Source of the DNA: Candidatus Micrarchaeota archaeon | GTDB taxonomy: Archaea; Micrarchaeota; Micrarchaeia; Norongarragalinales; SBBD01 | Direction of reading: 5' to 3' | NCBI GenBank assembly: GCA_043820675.1 | Contig: JBDRDM010000079.1 | Location: forward strand, 1-36,394 | DNA: 36,394 bases | Part shown: positions 1 to 9,760 of the stretch, piece by piece | Position numbering within the stretch: the stretch's first letter is position 1 | How the letters are laid out: every line of letters begins with the position of its first letter | The notes under the pieces: generated by a model | The model's database searches: none | Told to the model about the DNA's origin: nothing | The model's input: only the letters and a program-made list of their open reading frames with translations | Position numbers and translations under genes: made by a program

Positions 1-212
1 AGCCAGGAAAGCAGCGGCTCTTTGATTTGGAAAATTACTGCCGTCAATATTGCAGCGGTTAGCATATGCCCAAAAGCCCAGCTAATTCCAAGCTTCATTG
101 CCGCCATGACGCTTTTTGCCCTTGCGAGCAAATTGGATACGGCAACCAGGTGGTCCGCATCGAAAGTGTGTTTTATCCCAAGGAACAGCGCCAGCGGAAG
201 GAATTCGGGCAT
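1..212 (-). CDS. NiCoT/HoxN/UreH-type nickel/cobalt transporter (5' part; continues beyond window start)
   Basis: Not in the ORF track. Manual translation from ATG at 212 gives MPEFLPLALFLGIKHTFDADHLVAVSNLL...SWAFGHML, which contains the H(A/T)FDADH and WxxGH signatures of the NiCoT/UreH family. Confidence 0.85.
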   Translation of the reverse strand, partial: MPEFLPLALFLGIKHTFDADHLVAVSNLLARAKSVMAAMKLGISWAFGHMLTAAILTAVIFQIKEPLLSW

Positions 213-430
213 TTCCCATAACCCAAAATAACCGGTAATTTAATCGGATTAATTAGTAGCAAATATTCTGCATTTTTCCCTTTAAAATACCTGCGCATTC
301 CTTTTGGTGCCAATCAAATTATCCTATGAAAAAAGGCCATATTCGGGATGCGGCATTTTGGTTCATTCCCCTGCGAAAGCATTCATGCCCCCTCCTTTAA
401 TTCATTTGCCGCCAATATCTTGGCGAACAT

Positions 431-1765
431 ATGAAAAAAATCTTCATCAAGACCTACGGATGCACCCTCAACAGGTCGGATTCCGATCTCATCGAGGGCA
501 TGCTTGTCGGGAAGGGCTATTTGCAGGCAAACTCGGAGGAGGAGGCGGATGCCGTCATAGTCAACACCTGCGCTGTCAAGGAAACAACGGAAAACAAGAT
601 ATTGTGGCACTTGAAGGAACTGGAAAGGAAAGGGAAACCTACGATCGTTGCCGGCTGCCTTCCGCCCGTTAGCATTAATGCCGTGAAGCGTGCGATCCCC
701 TCGGCACTTGGGATTCTTGGCCCGAATTCGATAGGTAGGATCCCTGAACTGCTGGAGGATAAATTTAGCCAGAGTTCAAAAAATAATGGGGATGGCCGTT
801 TGGCAATTATTGGCCCCCCAACTTCAACTCCAGAAGCTTTGATTGACCTGAAATCGGATTTCTCAACGAAATTCCCCCTCACAAAACTGTACGGTTCCGT
901 AATTGCAAGAATCCAGACCTCCTCCGGCTGCCTTAGCAATTGCACCTTTTGCGCGACCAAGATCGCCCGCGGGGGCTTCAAGAGCAAGCCGCCCTCCTTG
1001 ATTTTAAACGAGGCCCGGATGGCGATCAAGAACCATGCTAAAGAGATCCAGCTCGCCTCGCAGGACAACGGTTGCTATGGCTTTGATCTGCGCACGGACA
1101 TGCCCGAACTTCTCGTACAACTGAGCGATTTGGAGGGCCGATTCCGGATAAGGGTCGGCATGGCAAACCCGCAGCATTTTTTGAAGAGCTTGGATGAATG
1201 GGTTGAAGCCTTCCGGCTTGCGAAGGTTTACAAATTCCTGCATCTTCCGTTCCAATCCGGCAGTGAAAAGGTCCTTTTGGATATGCGAAGGGGCCATACC
1301 GTTGAGGATGCCGTTTTTGTCGTGCAGGAATTCAAAAGGAAAATCCCTTCTCTGACCCTTGCAACGGACATGATCGTGGGCTTTCCAGGAGAAACCCCCG
1401 AGGAATTCGGGCAAAGCCTTGAAATTTGCCGCAAACTCAAATTCGATGTCGTGAATTTCGCCAAATATTCCAAGCGCAGGGGCACAAAAGCCGCAAAAAT
1501 GAGGCAGTTCCACAGCAGGATACTAAAGGAAAGGGCCGAAATCATGAACAAGGTCGTGAAGGAAATTGCCCTTGAGCAAAACCTTCAATATGTTGGCGCA
1601 ACCTATCCGGATGTGCTGATTACCGAAAAAGCCAGGAACGGCTATTTCCAGGGACGGAACATCAACTACAAGGCGGTGCTGCTGAAAGGGGATGGGCTGG
1701 AGGTCGGGCAGTTTGCGGATGTTAAGATTGCCGGTGCTTCCGTTACGTCCCTGATTGCGGGATGA
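431..1765 (+). CDS. mtaB: tRNA methylthiotransferase, MiaB/MtaB family (archaeal MtaB-like radical SAM)
   Basis: UPF0004 N-terminus (TYGCTLN, VNTCAVK, VAGC), radical SAM motif CLSNCTFC, and C-terminal TRAM domain. Confidence 0.9.
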   Translation: MKKIFIKTYGCTLNRSDSDLIEGMLVGKGYLQANSEEEADAVIVNTCAVKETTENKILWHLKELERKGKPTIVAGCLPPVSINAVKRAIPSALGILGPNSIGRIPELLEDKFSQSSKNNGDGRLAIIGPPTSTPEALIDLKSDFSTKFPLTKLYGSVIARIQTSSGCLSNCTFCATKIARGGFKSKPPSLILNEARMAIKNHAKEIQLASQDNGCYGFDLRTDMPELLVQLSDLEGRFRIRVGMANPQHFLKSLDEWVEAFRLAKVYKFLHLPFQSGSEKVLLDMRRGHTVEDAVFVVQEFKRKIPSLTLATDMIVGFPGETPEEFGQSLEICRKLKFDVVNFAKYSKRRGTKAAKMRQFHSRILKERAEIMNKVVKEIALEQNLQYVGATYPDVLITEKARNGYFQGRNINYKAVLLKGDGLEVGQFADVKIAGASVTSLIAG

Positions 1766-1911
1766 TGCTAGTGGTTCACGAGAAGGAATCGCCTAATTAT
1801 TTTCGTGCTTTTATTTCCGAAGCCGATCCCCATTATTCGTCCTTTGTCGAATCAGTTAAGCTTTAATATCGCCAATACGTGAGCTTGCTACTAAAATTTG
1901 AAGGTGATTGG

Positions 1912-2451
1912 ATGGACTACAATCTTTGGATAGAGGTGTTGACAAAGCCCAAGGAGGTATTTGCCGCGCAGAAGACAAAAGGCGACCTAATGGCGGGTGT
2001 CATGAATCTTGGCATCGCATATTTTGTTGTTGGCTTGGTTAGCGCAATATTCCTTCTTGCAGATCCGGTGGTAGCAATTTCCAGCCTTATCGGGACGGTA
2101 GTTATTGGCATTATCCTGTCGATTATCGGCGTAGGGATACTTTACCTGATAGCGATGCTCCTTGGCGGCAAGGGTACGTTCACACAGCAATACTATCTGA
2201 TGTCCATATTTTCGGTTCCGATAGTGGTGCTGAGCCTGATTCCCATAGTGGGAATACTCGTATCATTGTATGGTTTGTACCTCCTGACGCTTGCGCTTAA
2301 GGAAGTGCATGCCTTTGATACGATGAAGGCGGTGCTGGTGTGGCTAATACCTGTGATATTGATGGTGATCCTGGCAGCAATATTTGCAGCAACCATCTTT
2401 GCTGCTCTTATGGGCGCAGCTGGCACAGGTGGAACGGGACTTCCCTTCTGA
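1912..2451 (+). CDS. Yip1-domain membrane protein
   Basis: N-terminal VLTKPKEVF motif, LLGGKGTF motif and about 5 hydrophobic helices. ATG at 1912 follows a GGTGA RBS. Confidence 0.8.
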   Translation: MDYNLWIEVLTKPKEVFAAQKTKGDLMAGVMNLGIAYFVVGLVSAIFLLADPVVAISSLIGTVVIGIILSIIGVGILYLIAMLLGGKGTFTQQYYLMSIFSVPIVVLSLIPIVGILVSLYGLYLLTLALKEVHAFDTMKAVLVWLIPVILMVILAAIFAATIFAALMGAAGTGGTGLPF

Positions 2452-2480
2452 TTTTTTCTTTTTTTTATTTTCTTTTTTCC
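2452..2480 (+). terminator. oligo-T tract, probable archaeal terminator
   Basis: Several T runs immediately after the Yip1 stop codon, in a convergent intergenic region. Confidence 0.5.
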
Positions 2481-2647
2481 GCATTCCTAGTCATACGCCA
2501 ATCGTCTAAACGACTACCCTAAATAGCGATTTTGAAACAATTTAGCACTATCCTCTTATTTGCTCTGCGAATTGATGGAGGAAGTTTCTTGCTGCAGCTG
2601 CTCCTTTTTCCCTTATTAAATTATTTTTCTATACCTGCTGTTATTCC

Positions 2648-4114
2648 TTATTTGAGCCTGCGTATCACTCCATGATTGGCATCCAGCTCAACAAGCTCTC
2701 CATCCTTGAACACCTTGCTTGCAATCTTTGTGCCAACAAGGCATGGGATCCCCAGCTCCCGGCTCACAATTGCCGCATGGGACGTAATGCCCCCCTCATC
2801 AGTCACAATTGCCGCCGCCTTCTTCATTGCAACAACGTATTCTGGATCCGTGGATGGCGCAACCATAATGTCTCCCCCCATAAGCTTGGATATGTCCTTT
2901 GAGCTTGTCAGGATGGCCACCCTTCCTATTACCCTTCCTGCGCTTGCGCAGATTCCGTGTATTTCGGCAAAATCCTCGATCCCCTTTTCATCCCCAAAAA
3001 TTTCCACATATTTTGTCCTAGCCTCTTTTCCAACAAATATTAGGGGGGTTTTATGCTTGAAGATTATAAGCGAGTAACCGGTCCGTTCCCTTAAGTTGGG
3101 CCCATTTAGCTTTTTTCCCTTCATGATCTCCGCAATTTCCCATGGGAAGGCGTTTTTCAGCTGAATTGCCGTTATGTCCAAACGTTTTGTCATTTCATTG
3201 AAAAGTAAATCGAAATAATGCATAGTCCTAATCCAGTACATCTTCCTGATATCCTGGAAATTGCCGAATTCGTCCATGATGGCAATAAATGGGAGCATTT
3301 CCGTACCTAGGTGTAATTTTTTTAGAATCGCGATTTTTTCCCTTTGTGTGATCGGTGTCTCCTTTGCCTTTTCCATTCGGTCATTTGCCTTTCCATCCGG
3401 CGCTTCTTGCCTAATTATCTCCCAAAAATACGCTCCGTCTAGCACTTTTGATTCGAGGGAGTTGTTTTCCATCCAAAACCATTTGCGGGAATGTGCTTCA
3501 ATCAATTTCTGGTGGTTGATTTGCAATTTCTCATAGGGCAATCCGACCATTTTTACTGGTATGGCCCTATTAATTTTTTCACGTTCGTATTCCTCCTGTG
3601 CAAGGAATGATTTTTTGGTTGGAGACAGGAGCCTTGAGAGAATTGTTGCCTTATCCGAAGGCAATTTCCCTTTCCCGCCGGTGATTTTTTCCAAAATCGC
3701 TTCCTCACCGGCAATTGGGACGCTATCTACGAAAATGCTGTTTCTCCACATCGAATAATAAGCGCTAGAGAGGGCAGAGTACAATTTAAGCAGTAGGGAA
3801 TTTTCAATTTTTCTCAAATCCGCCCTTTCGATTTTCATGTACGCTGATTCGAGCTCTTTCAAATCCTTCCGGAATGCCTTCCAGACCTTAATCTTGAATT
3901 TCACATCGTTCAATTTAGTGAATGCAATTTTCCCAATTTCCAGCAATTTCCTTCTTGGGGAGCTCCACCTGGCTTTCCCATTTTCTATCGCAACAATTGT
4001 TATGCCGTAATCAACCCCCCAATCCTTGCTCATCATCACGGAAGATTGGGCAATTGCGTAGGTGGAATGCACTCCTGAGGCATAAAACCAATCCGACCAT
4101 ACTTCATCTTTCAT
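2648..4114 (-). CDS. PEP-utilizer mobile (phospho-His swivel) domain protein, paralogue 1
   Basis: C-terminal [28 protein letters not shown]. No ATP-grasp domain. The ATG at 4114 overlaps the upstream stop (ATGA). Confidence 0.85.
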   Translation of the reverse strand: MKDEVWSDWFYASGVHSTYAIAQSSVMMSKDWGVDYGITIVAIENGKARWSSPRRKLLEIGKIAFTKLNDVKFKIKVWKAFRKDLKELESAYMKIERADLRKIENSLLLKLYSALSSAYYSMWRNSIFVDSVPIAGEEAILEKITGGKGKLPSDKATILSRLLSPTKKSFLAQEEYEREKINRAIPVKMVGLPYEKLQINHQKLIEAHSRKWFWMENNSLESKVLDGAYFWEIIRQEAPDGKANDRMEKAKETPITQREKIAILKKLHLGTEMLPFIAIMDEFGNFQDIRKMYWIRTMHYFDLLFNEMTKRLDITAIQLKNAFPWEIAEIMKGKKLNGPNLRERTGYSLIIFKHKTPLIFVGKEARTKYVEIFGDEKGIEDFAEIHGICASAGRVIGRVAILTSSKDISKLMGGDIMVAPSTDPEYVVAMKKAAAIVTDEGGITSHAAIVSRELGIPCLVGTKIASKVFKDGELVELDANHGVIRRLK

Positions 4115-4998
4115 GCCAGCCCACTTTTTATCCCAAAATAGGAAGAAAAATTGCCCTCCCATTTGTGTTTTTCCTTCAGGCGGGAAAATTCCCTCTCGAA
4201 AGCCCTTAATTCATCTGTTGGCCCATTCCGCTTCCCTTCCCTAGCTATCCAGATTATCTTGAATGGCAAAGAGCGCAATTTCAACTTTATGGCGAGTGCG
4301 AAATTGCAAATCAGCATTCCTTCAATATTCTTCCACTCATCCTCGTAGCTTTTCGTGATTTGGATTCCCTTTCCTAGCATTGCATGATAGAATTTGTAAT
4401 AGCATTCTGCCGTCTTTTCCCCTCCATAGGGTATTGTCGAGTACATTTTATCGATTATTTTTTCAGTTCCACTGGCTTCGATGCTTTTTTTCAGAATGGA
4501 ATCGGTCCCACGGGATAGTGAAATAATTGAAAGCCCTTCCCGCCTGTCGCTATCTATTCGATTCCCCTTCGCAACCACATCCGGAAACGGTTTGATCCCA
4601 ATTTCTTCCCTCTCAACTGCAAGTTCCACGAAATCATAATATATTTCCCTTGCTTTCGTGCCCCTCCTTGGTGTTTTAATCAGGGCAATGATCGATTCGG
4701 CAAGCGGATTTGCTAAATTGAATCCCTTCTTTATATTTCCTCCAATTTCAATTCCATTTTTCCCAAGTTCCTGAATTATTTTCTCATCTTCGATTTCCAT
4801 AAGTGGCCCAAATGCCTGCCGGAGCCTTTTTTCATAAAGCTCCATTCCCGAACCCTTCATATCCGAAACGAGCGTGCCGTTGAAATCGTAAAGGGCGGCT
4901 TTTTGATATCCGGATTTTGGCGGTTTACGGATTTTGATGCTATTTTTCAATAGTGCTTCAAGCATCCCTTTGATTCCCCCTTCCTTTTCATTAAGCAT
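4111..4998 (-). CDS. HAD-superfamily hydrolase (divergent; loosely resembles enolase-phosphatase E1/MtnC)
   Basis: Motif I LYDFNGTL, PFPDV, motif II SLSRG, motif III Lys (GGEK) and motif IV YEDEWKN. Confidence 0.65.
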   Translation of the reverse strand: MLNEKEGGIKGMLEALLKNSIKIRKPPKSGYQKAALYDFNGTLVSDMKGSGMELYEKRLRQAFGPLMEIEDEKIIQELGKNGIEIGGNIKKGFNLANPLAESIIALIKTPRRGTKAREIYYDFVELAVEREEIGIKPFPDVVAKGNRIDSDRREGLSIISLSRGTDSILKKSIEASGTEKIIDKMYSTIPYGGEKTAECYYKFYHAMLGKGIQITKSYEDEWKNIEGMLICNFALAIKLKLRSLPFKIIWIAREGKRNGPTDELRAFEREFSRLKEKHKWEGNFSSYFGIKSGLA

Positions 4999-5001
4999 TG
5001 T

Positions 5002-6543
5002 TCATTCCTCTAATTTATAGACGGCGCCATGGTTTGCCCGAACTTCTAGCAAATCATTATCCTTGAAAACCTTTGAAGCAATGGATGTACCGATGACGCA
5101 GGGTTTTCCAAGCTCCCTACTGACTATTGCAGCGTGCGAGGTTATACCGCCCTCATCTGTTACTATTGCGCAGGCAAGTTTCATTGCCGGCACAATTTCG
5201 GGCCTTGTTGCCTTTGCTACAAGAACATCGCCCTTTTTTATTTTCCAAATGTCCTTTGATGAGTTGATGATTTTTGCCCTCCCCACTGCATAACCCAGTG
5301 ATGCACAAACCCCGAGCAGGTTTGTTGGATTTTTCATTTTGACCCTAGGCTTTAATTTTAAAATTCCCCTTTCCTTTTGAATTGCTTCCAAACCATGGTA
5401 AATATTGGCACCATCAAAATCGTATGCCAATAGGCAGTTCTTTGCCCTTACCTTCAGTTGGGCCTTAAATGCTGGATCCAGTATAGTTTCGAGCTCGATT
5501 TCCTTTGGAAGGGCGTACACGATTTGAGCCTCGCTGATTCCCACCCTTCTTGCTATTTCCTTTGCAATCAATTGGGAGTAATATACTGATCTAAGCATGA
5601 GCGTTTTCCTGAAATCCTGGTAGTATGCAATTTTGCCTATTAGGTCAAAAAGCTTCTGCAATTCCCCCGAAATGCCGAGCTCTTTTATTGCCCGCCTTTT
5701 GCGCTTCCTCCAATCCGCCCTTTTAGCCCTTGAATTTGCGAGTTGCCTTTCTGCTTTCTTTCCCGTTTGCATTTTCTCCTTGATGGAATTCAGGAAATAA
5801 TCTAGCCCCAATTTAGACGTGGATGCATACGAGTTGCTGATCCAATGGTATTTCTTTGCATGTTCTTCAAGCATTCCAAGGATGATTGGGTGTTTTTCCA
5901 ATTCCTTCATTATTTTGCCCGAATCCTTGGAAAAGATCTTCTTGTACTTTGGGATTTTTTCAATCTCCAACAATATTCCCAGCAATTCCCTTTCCTCCTT
6001 GCCATGGAAGGGCTCTTTGTATATGGGGGTTAGGTCCACGAAATATTCGGAATAGTTTTTTTCCAGGTTGTTTTTTGCTAGCAGCGCCATCAGGAGGCCA
6101 ATTGCCTTTTGCTCCAGGTAAAAGTAGGATGGTTCGACAAGATACCCTGCGGCATAGCTGTTTGTATAGCGGCGGTTTATCTCGTTTTCAATCTCTATTA
6201 GTTTTTCTAGGGGTGTGGATGCCAGGTCCATTTTTTCGATCCTTTTAAATACCCTCATTATGCCGGATAAATGTTCCTTGAAATCTTTTAGCGCCCTTTC
6301 AAAAAGCCCCTTTTCCTTGAGAAGCCGGGAAACCATGAATTTGCCGACCCCAAGGGTTTCCTTTCTCCTGATGTAATAGCGCGCATGTATCCTTGTAATT
6401 GCCATCAGTTGTAGGTGGATCCCCCTACCCCAGTATTTTTCGGTTGGCCTGCCAAACGGTTCCAAAGGCGGTGAAACTAGTAGTGGTGTGCATTCCGCAA
6501 AGTATTCGTAGAATTCGGGCTTTTCCAATTGTTTATTGTTCAT
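5002..6543 (-). CDS. PEP-utilizer mobile domain protein, paralogue 2
   Basis: C-terminal [28 protein letters not shown] preceded by a ~400-aa helical N-terminal region. Confidence 0.85.
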   Translation of the reverse strand: MNNKQLEKPEFYEYFAECTPLLVSPPLEPFGRPTEKYWGRGIHLQLMAITRIHARYYIRRKETLGVGKFMVSRLLKEKGLFERALKDFKEHLSGIMRVFKRIEKMDLASTPLEKLIEIENEINRRYTNSYAAGYLVEPSYFYLEQKAIGLLMALLAKNNLEKNYSEYFVDLTPIYKEPFHGKEERELLGILLEIEKIPKYKKIFSKDSGKIMKELEKHPIILGMLEEHAKKYHWISNSYASTSKLGLDYFLNSIKEKMQTGKKAERQLANSRAKRADWRKRKRRAIKELGISGELQKLFDLIGKIAYYQDFRKTLMLRSVYYSQLIAKEIARRVGISEAQIVYALPKEIELETILDPAFKAQLKVRAKNCLLAYDFDGANIYHGLEAIQKERGILKLKPRVKMKNPTNLLGVCASLGYAVGRAKIINSSKDIWKIKKGDVLVAKATRPEIVPAMKLACAIVTDEGGITSHAAIVSRELGKPCVIGTSIASKVFKDNDLLEVRANHGAVYKLEE

Positions 6544-6581
6544 GTCGGATTCCTTAAATTAAATTGGTTTCAGTCCTGATG

Positions 6582-8120
6582 TTATTTTATTTTCCTGACA
6601 ATCCCATGTGCCGCCCTAACTTCGAGCATATCGCCATCCTTGAATGCCTTCGAGCCGACCTTGGTACCGACAACACATGGTGTTCCAAGCTCCCTGCTCA
6701 CGATTGCCGCATGAGATGTGAGCCCTCCTTCATCCGTCACTATGGCAGCTGCAATTTTCATGCCCCGTACAAAATCCGGGGTGGTTGCAAGCGTCACCAG
6801 GATGTCTCCTTTTTGGAGCTTTGAAAGTTCGGATGCCTTGCGGACGATTTTTGCAGGTCCAGTTACGTTGCCCCCACATGCGCAGGTACCCTTAACTTCT
6901 GAGGGCGCTTTCATTGCTAGCAAATCCAATCCTTCCCGCCTAACGAAAACTTTCGCCTTTTCCCCCTCATAAACCTTTTCGCCCTTGGCGTCAACATAGA
7001 GCACGCAAAGCCTCATCCGTTCCCTGATTTTTTGAAGGGGCACCTTTCTTCCTTTGGTGCACCAATCCACGATTTCCGGAGGGGTCAGGTAGCAGGATTC
7101 GAGCCATGTTAAACCGATCCTCCTTGCGATCTCCACCTGGATGGATTTTAAGAGAAAGTGGCATTTAGTGAATTCTTCCTTTTTCAAATCAATCAAATAC
7201 GAGCCTTCCTGCAATATTTTGAACAATGTGAAGTGCGCCTTATCCATTTCCAGCTCCCTTGCAAGGCGCTTTTGCCTATCTGCCAATCCCACAAAATAGC
7301 GCCTCATTTCCCGCAACCTTTTTTTTGCATCAAATCCGGTCTCGATGTAATCCCTTATGGTTTTGAGGAAATGCCTGCGGCTCCAAGTGCGCCCCGCATA
7401 ATCGAACGGCACCCAGAAGAATTCAGTCGAATGCTTACCTAGCATTTTTTTTATTTTGGGATATTTGCCTATTCGATCCAATGCCTGATCCAATGAGCGT
7501 TCAAGCAATGCCGCATACTCATTGTTTTTACCAATCTCCAATGTGAGTCCAAGGAGGCTTTCTTCCTCCCTTGTTGAGAATGGTTTATTTTGTGAAGCAG
7601 ATAGCAATGCGAAATATTCGCCAAACTTACCTGTCCGCCCCTTCTTTTCGAGCAGCGCTTTCAAATATCCTTCGAGCCTGCGCGCGAGCTCATCTCCTAT
7701 TACGAAGGGAAGTGGCTCGCTGTATTGGTAAATTTCAAGGTAGGTTTCAAAGTATTTTTTGTAAATTTCACCCAATTCCGGCGTTGTTTTTCCCTTTATG
7801 GAGCCGTCTGCAAAACTTGCACAAAATTTCTTGAATAGCGCGATTTCCCTCCGGAACCTTTTTGAGAAATCGAAAATCAGTTCCGGTTTCCTGCTTACTA
7901 GCTCATATGCCTTCCTTCCTACTATTGCGCTTTCCTTTGCCGGACCATATACCGCAAACCCCCCAGCATCGTGGAATATTGTGATCATCCTTCTATAATC
8001 GAACCCGAGCGTCCTCCCCATCCGGTAGGTGTAAGAGCCAGCCGGCAGGTAGAGTTGGTTCAAATGCCAGTTCTCCGCCCTTTCCTGCAAAGCGACCCAT
8101 TTATGTTTCATTTTTTTCAC
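6582..8120 (-). CDS. PEP-utilizer mobile domain protein, paralogue 3
   Basis: C-terminal [25 protein letters not shown]. The GTG start overlaps the upstream stop (GTGA); an alternative ATG lies 3 codons downstream. Confidence 0.85.
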   Translation of the reverse strand: MKKMKHKWVALQERAENWHLNQLYLPAGSYTYRMGRTLGFDYRRMITIFHDAGGFAVYGPAKESAIVGRKAYELVSRKPELIFDFSKRFRREIALFKKFCASFADGSIKGKTTPELGEIYKKYFETYLEIYQYSEPLPFVIGDELARRLEGYLKALLEKKGRTGKFGEYFALLSASQNKPFSTREEESLLGLTLEIGKNNEYAALLERSLDQALDRIGKYPKIKKMLGKHSTEFFWVPFDYAGRTWSRRHFLKTIRDYIETGFDAKKRLREMRRYFVGLADRQKRLARELEMDKAHFTLFKILQEGSYLIDLKKEEFTKCHFLLKSIQVEIARRIGLTWLESCYLTPPEIVDWCTKGRKVPLQKIRERMRLCVLYVDAKGEKVYEGEKAKVFVRREGLDLLAMKAPSEVKGTCACGGNVTGPAKIVRKASELSKLQKGDILVTLATTPDFVRGMKIAAAIVTDEGGLTSHAAIVSRELGTPCVVGTKVGSKAFKDGDMLEVRAAHGIVRKIK

Positions 8121-9640
8121 TTTCTCAATATTTTGACTATTCCTCTCGTCGCATCAACCTCCACTTCCATCCCGTCCTTCAGCACATCCGTTGCAATCTT
8201 GGTGCCTACGATGCAAGGAGTCCCAAGCTCCCGGCTAACAATTGCCGCATGGCAAGTGATCCCGCCCGTGTTCGTGACGATCGCAGCCGCCTTCCTCATC
8301 GCGGGCACAACGTCCGGATTTGTTGCCTGCGCCACCAGGATGTCCCCCTTCTTCATTTTGGGCAAATCGGAAGGCGAGAGGATCTGCCTGACAATCCCCC
8401 TTGCAAATCCGGGGTTGGCGCACTTGCCCTTAAGTTCGCTGACATCTGTTTTCACATTTTCCTTTTCCACATCCTCATCCAATATGTGCCTTGCCTCCAA
8501 TCCCACAAATACCCTCGTCGAATTGTTTTCGCTTATTGCCACGCAAAAACGGCCCCGCTCATCGAGCAATTCCCTATTGGCATTCCCATCAAATAGCGCC
8601 CCCTTCACCTCTTCTGGAAGCATCATCCGCATCCGTGCAAGCGTTATTCTTGTCCTTTTTCCTATTTCAACAAGAAGCGGATTGATCTGGAAATAGCTTT
8701 TTTGGTAAAGGTCCTTCCGTTCCGCCTTGAAGTGCAGGATTTCGGATGCGATTTCAAATAAGTTCCGCTCATGCGCGGTTAACGGAATTTCTGAGAATGC
8801 CATTTGCCTTGCCTCTTTTTCCCGTTTTCGCCTTTCCTCGATTTTCCCAAGTTCCGCTTTCGGATCCTCTCCTGCTTTGAGCATCCCCGATATCGCCGAT
8901 ACGAAATATTCCTTTTTCCAGGGCTCTCCCTCGAAAATAACCGGCAGCCAAGTGTAGTTTTCATGATGTGCACTTAGCATATTGAAGAACTGTGGGTGAT
9001 TTTTCTTCAAAACCGAAATAATTTCAGCCTCCCGTTTTGTCCTAAACAATTCCTCCAATTCCTTTTTTCCCGCCGCTTCGCATGCCAATTCCAGCAGCTC
9101 CATTTCCTCCTTGCGCATGGTCGTGATTTTATCCGGCGTGGTGAGGGCATTGAAGTATTTGGGGGTTTCGCCTTCCCTTCCCTTGAGGTATTTTCCCAAT
9201 ATTGCCTCCAATTTGGAACTCAAGAAGCCGGTCATATCGAGCGCGGGCGCAATCCAGCCGTATCCGCGTGCGATTTTCAGGCGTTTGCAGTATTCCAGGT
9301 AATAGTCTAGCAGCTCAGCATTCGTTTTTTTCCCAAGGTCCGCTCCGCAAACCTCTTCCGTGATCCTGAAGACTTGATCCATTGATTCGTAGGTTTTCTT
9401 GATTGCCTTCTCCACGAAATAGGGGTCCTTCTCGATTTTTTTTACCAATTCCTTCGCAACTTTCTCAAATTCCCCCCTCCTCTCGTAGTAAATCCAGTTT
9501 TTCCCATGGAAAGATACCATCAGGCCCGATAGTCCAGTTCCGAGCGCTTTTTCCATCGGAACGGTTGCGGATTCCAGCATCAGGAAGATCGGGAACAAGC
9601 TGGCATCGCTTCTGCTATCTCCCTTAGCCCATTTTTCCAC
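8117..9640 (-). CDS. PEP-utilizer mobile domain protein, paralogue 4 (first gene of operon)
   Basis: C-terminal [28 protein letters not shown] start with a G-rich RBS (GGGGGAT). Confidence 0.85.
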   Translation of the reverse strand: MEKWAKGDSRSDASLFPIFLMLESATVPMEKALGTGLSGLMVSFHGKNWIYYERRGEFEKVAKELVKKIEKDPYFVEKAIKKTYESMDQVFRITEEVCGADLGKKTNAELLDYYLEYCKRLKIARGYGWIAPALDMTGFLSSKLEAILGKYLKGREGETPKYFNALTTPDKITTMRKEEMELLELACEAAGKKELEELFRTKREAEIISVLKKNHPQFFNMLSAHHENYTWLPVIFEGEPWKKEYFVSAISGMLKAGEDPKAELGKIEERRKREKEARQMAFSEIPLTAHERNLFEIASEILHFKAERKDLYQKSYFQINPLLVEIGKRTRITLARMRMMLPEEVKGALFDGNANRELLDERGRFCVAISENNSTRVFVGLEARHILDEDVEKENVKTDVSELKGKCANPGFARGIVRQILSPSDLPKMKKGDILVAQATNPDVVPAMRKAAAIVTNTGGITCHAAIVSRELGTPCIVGTKIATDVLKDGMEVEVDATRGIVKILRK

Positions 9641-9687
9641 ATCAATCCCCCAATAACTAGAGCGATACCCTTTAGGAACCCCGAACC

Positions 9688-9746
9688 TATATAAATTTAC
9701 CCCCTATGTAGGGGTTAATCTACCTAACAGGAGCCTTTTTTTATAT
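9688..9746. promoter_or_regulatory. divergent promoter region with a palindromic operator-like site
   Basis: TTTATATA on the minus strand (9688-9695) and TTTTATAT on the plus strand (~9739-9746). A perfect inverted repeat CCCCTA-TG-TAGGGG (9701-9714) lies between them. Confidence 0.5.
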
Positions 9747-9760
9747 CGGTTTTCAATTAG

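Noticed and set aside
236-255. TTAATC-G-GATTAA palindrome upstream of the nickel transporter as a metal-regulator operator
   Set aside because: It is short and AT-rich and could arise by chance; it matches no consensus I can vouch for.
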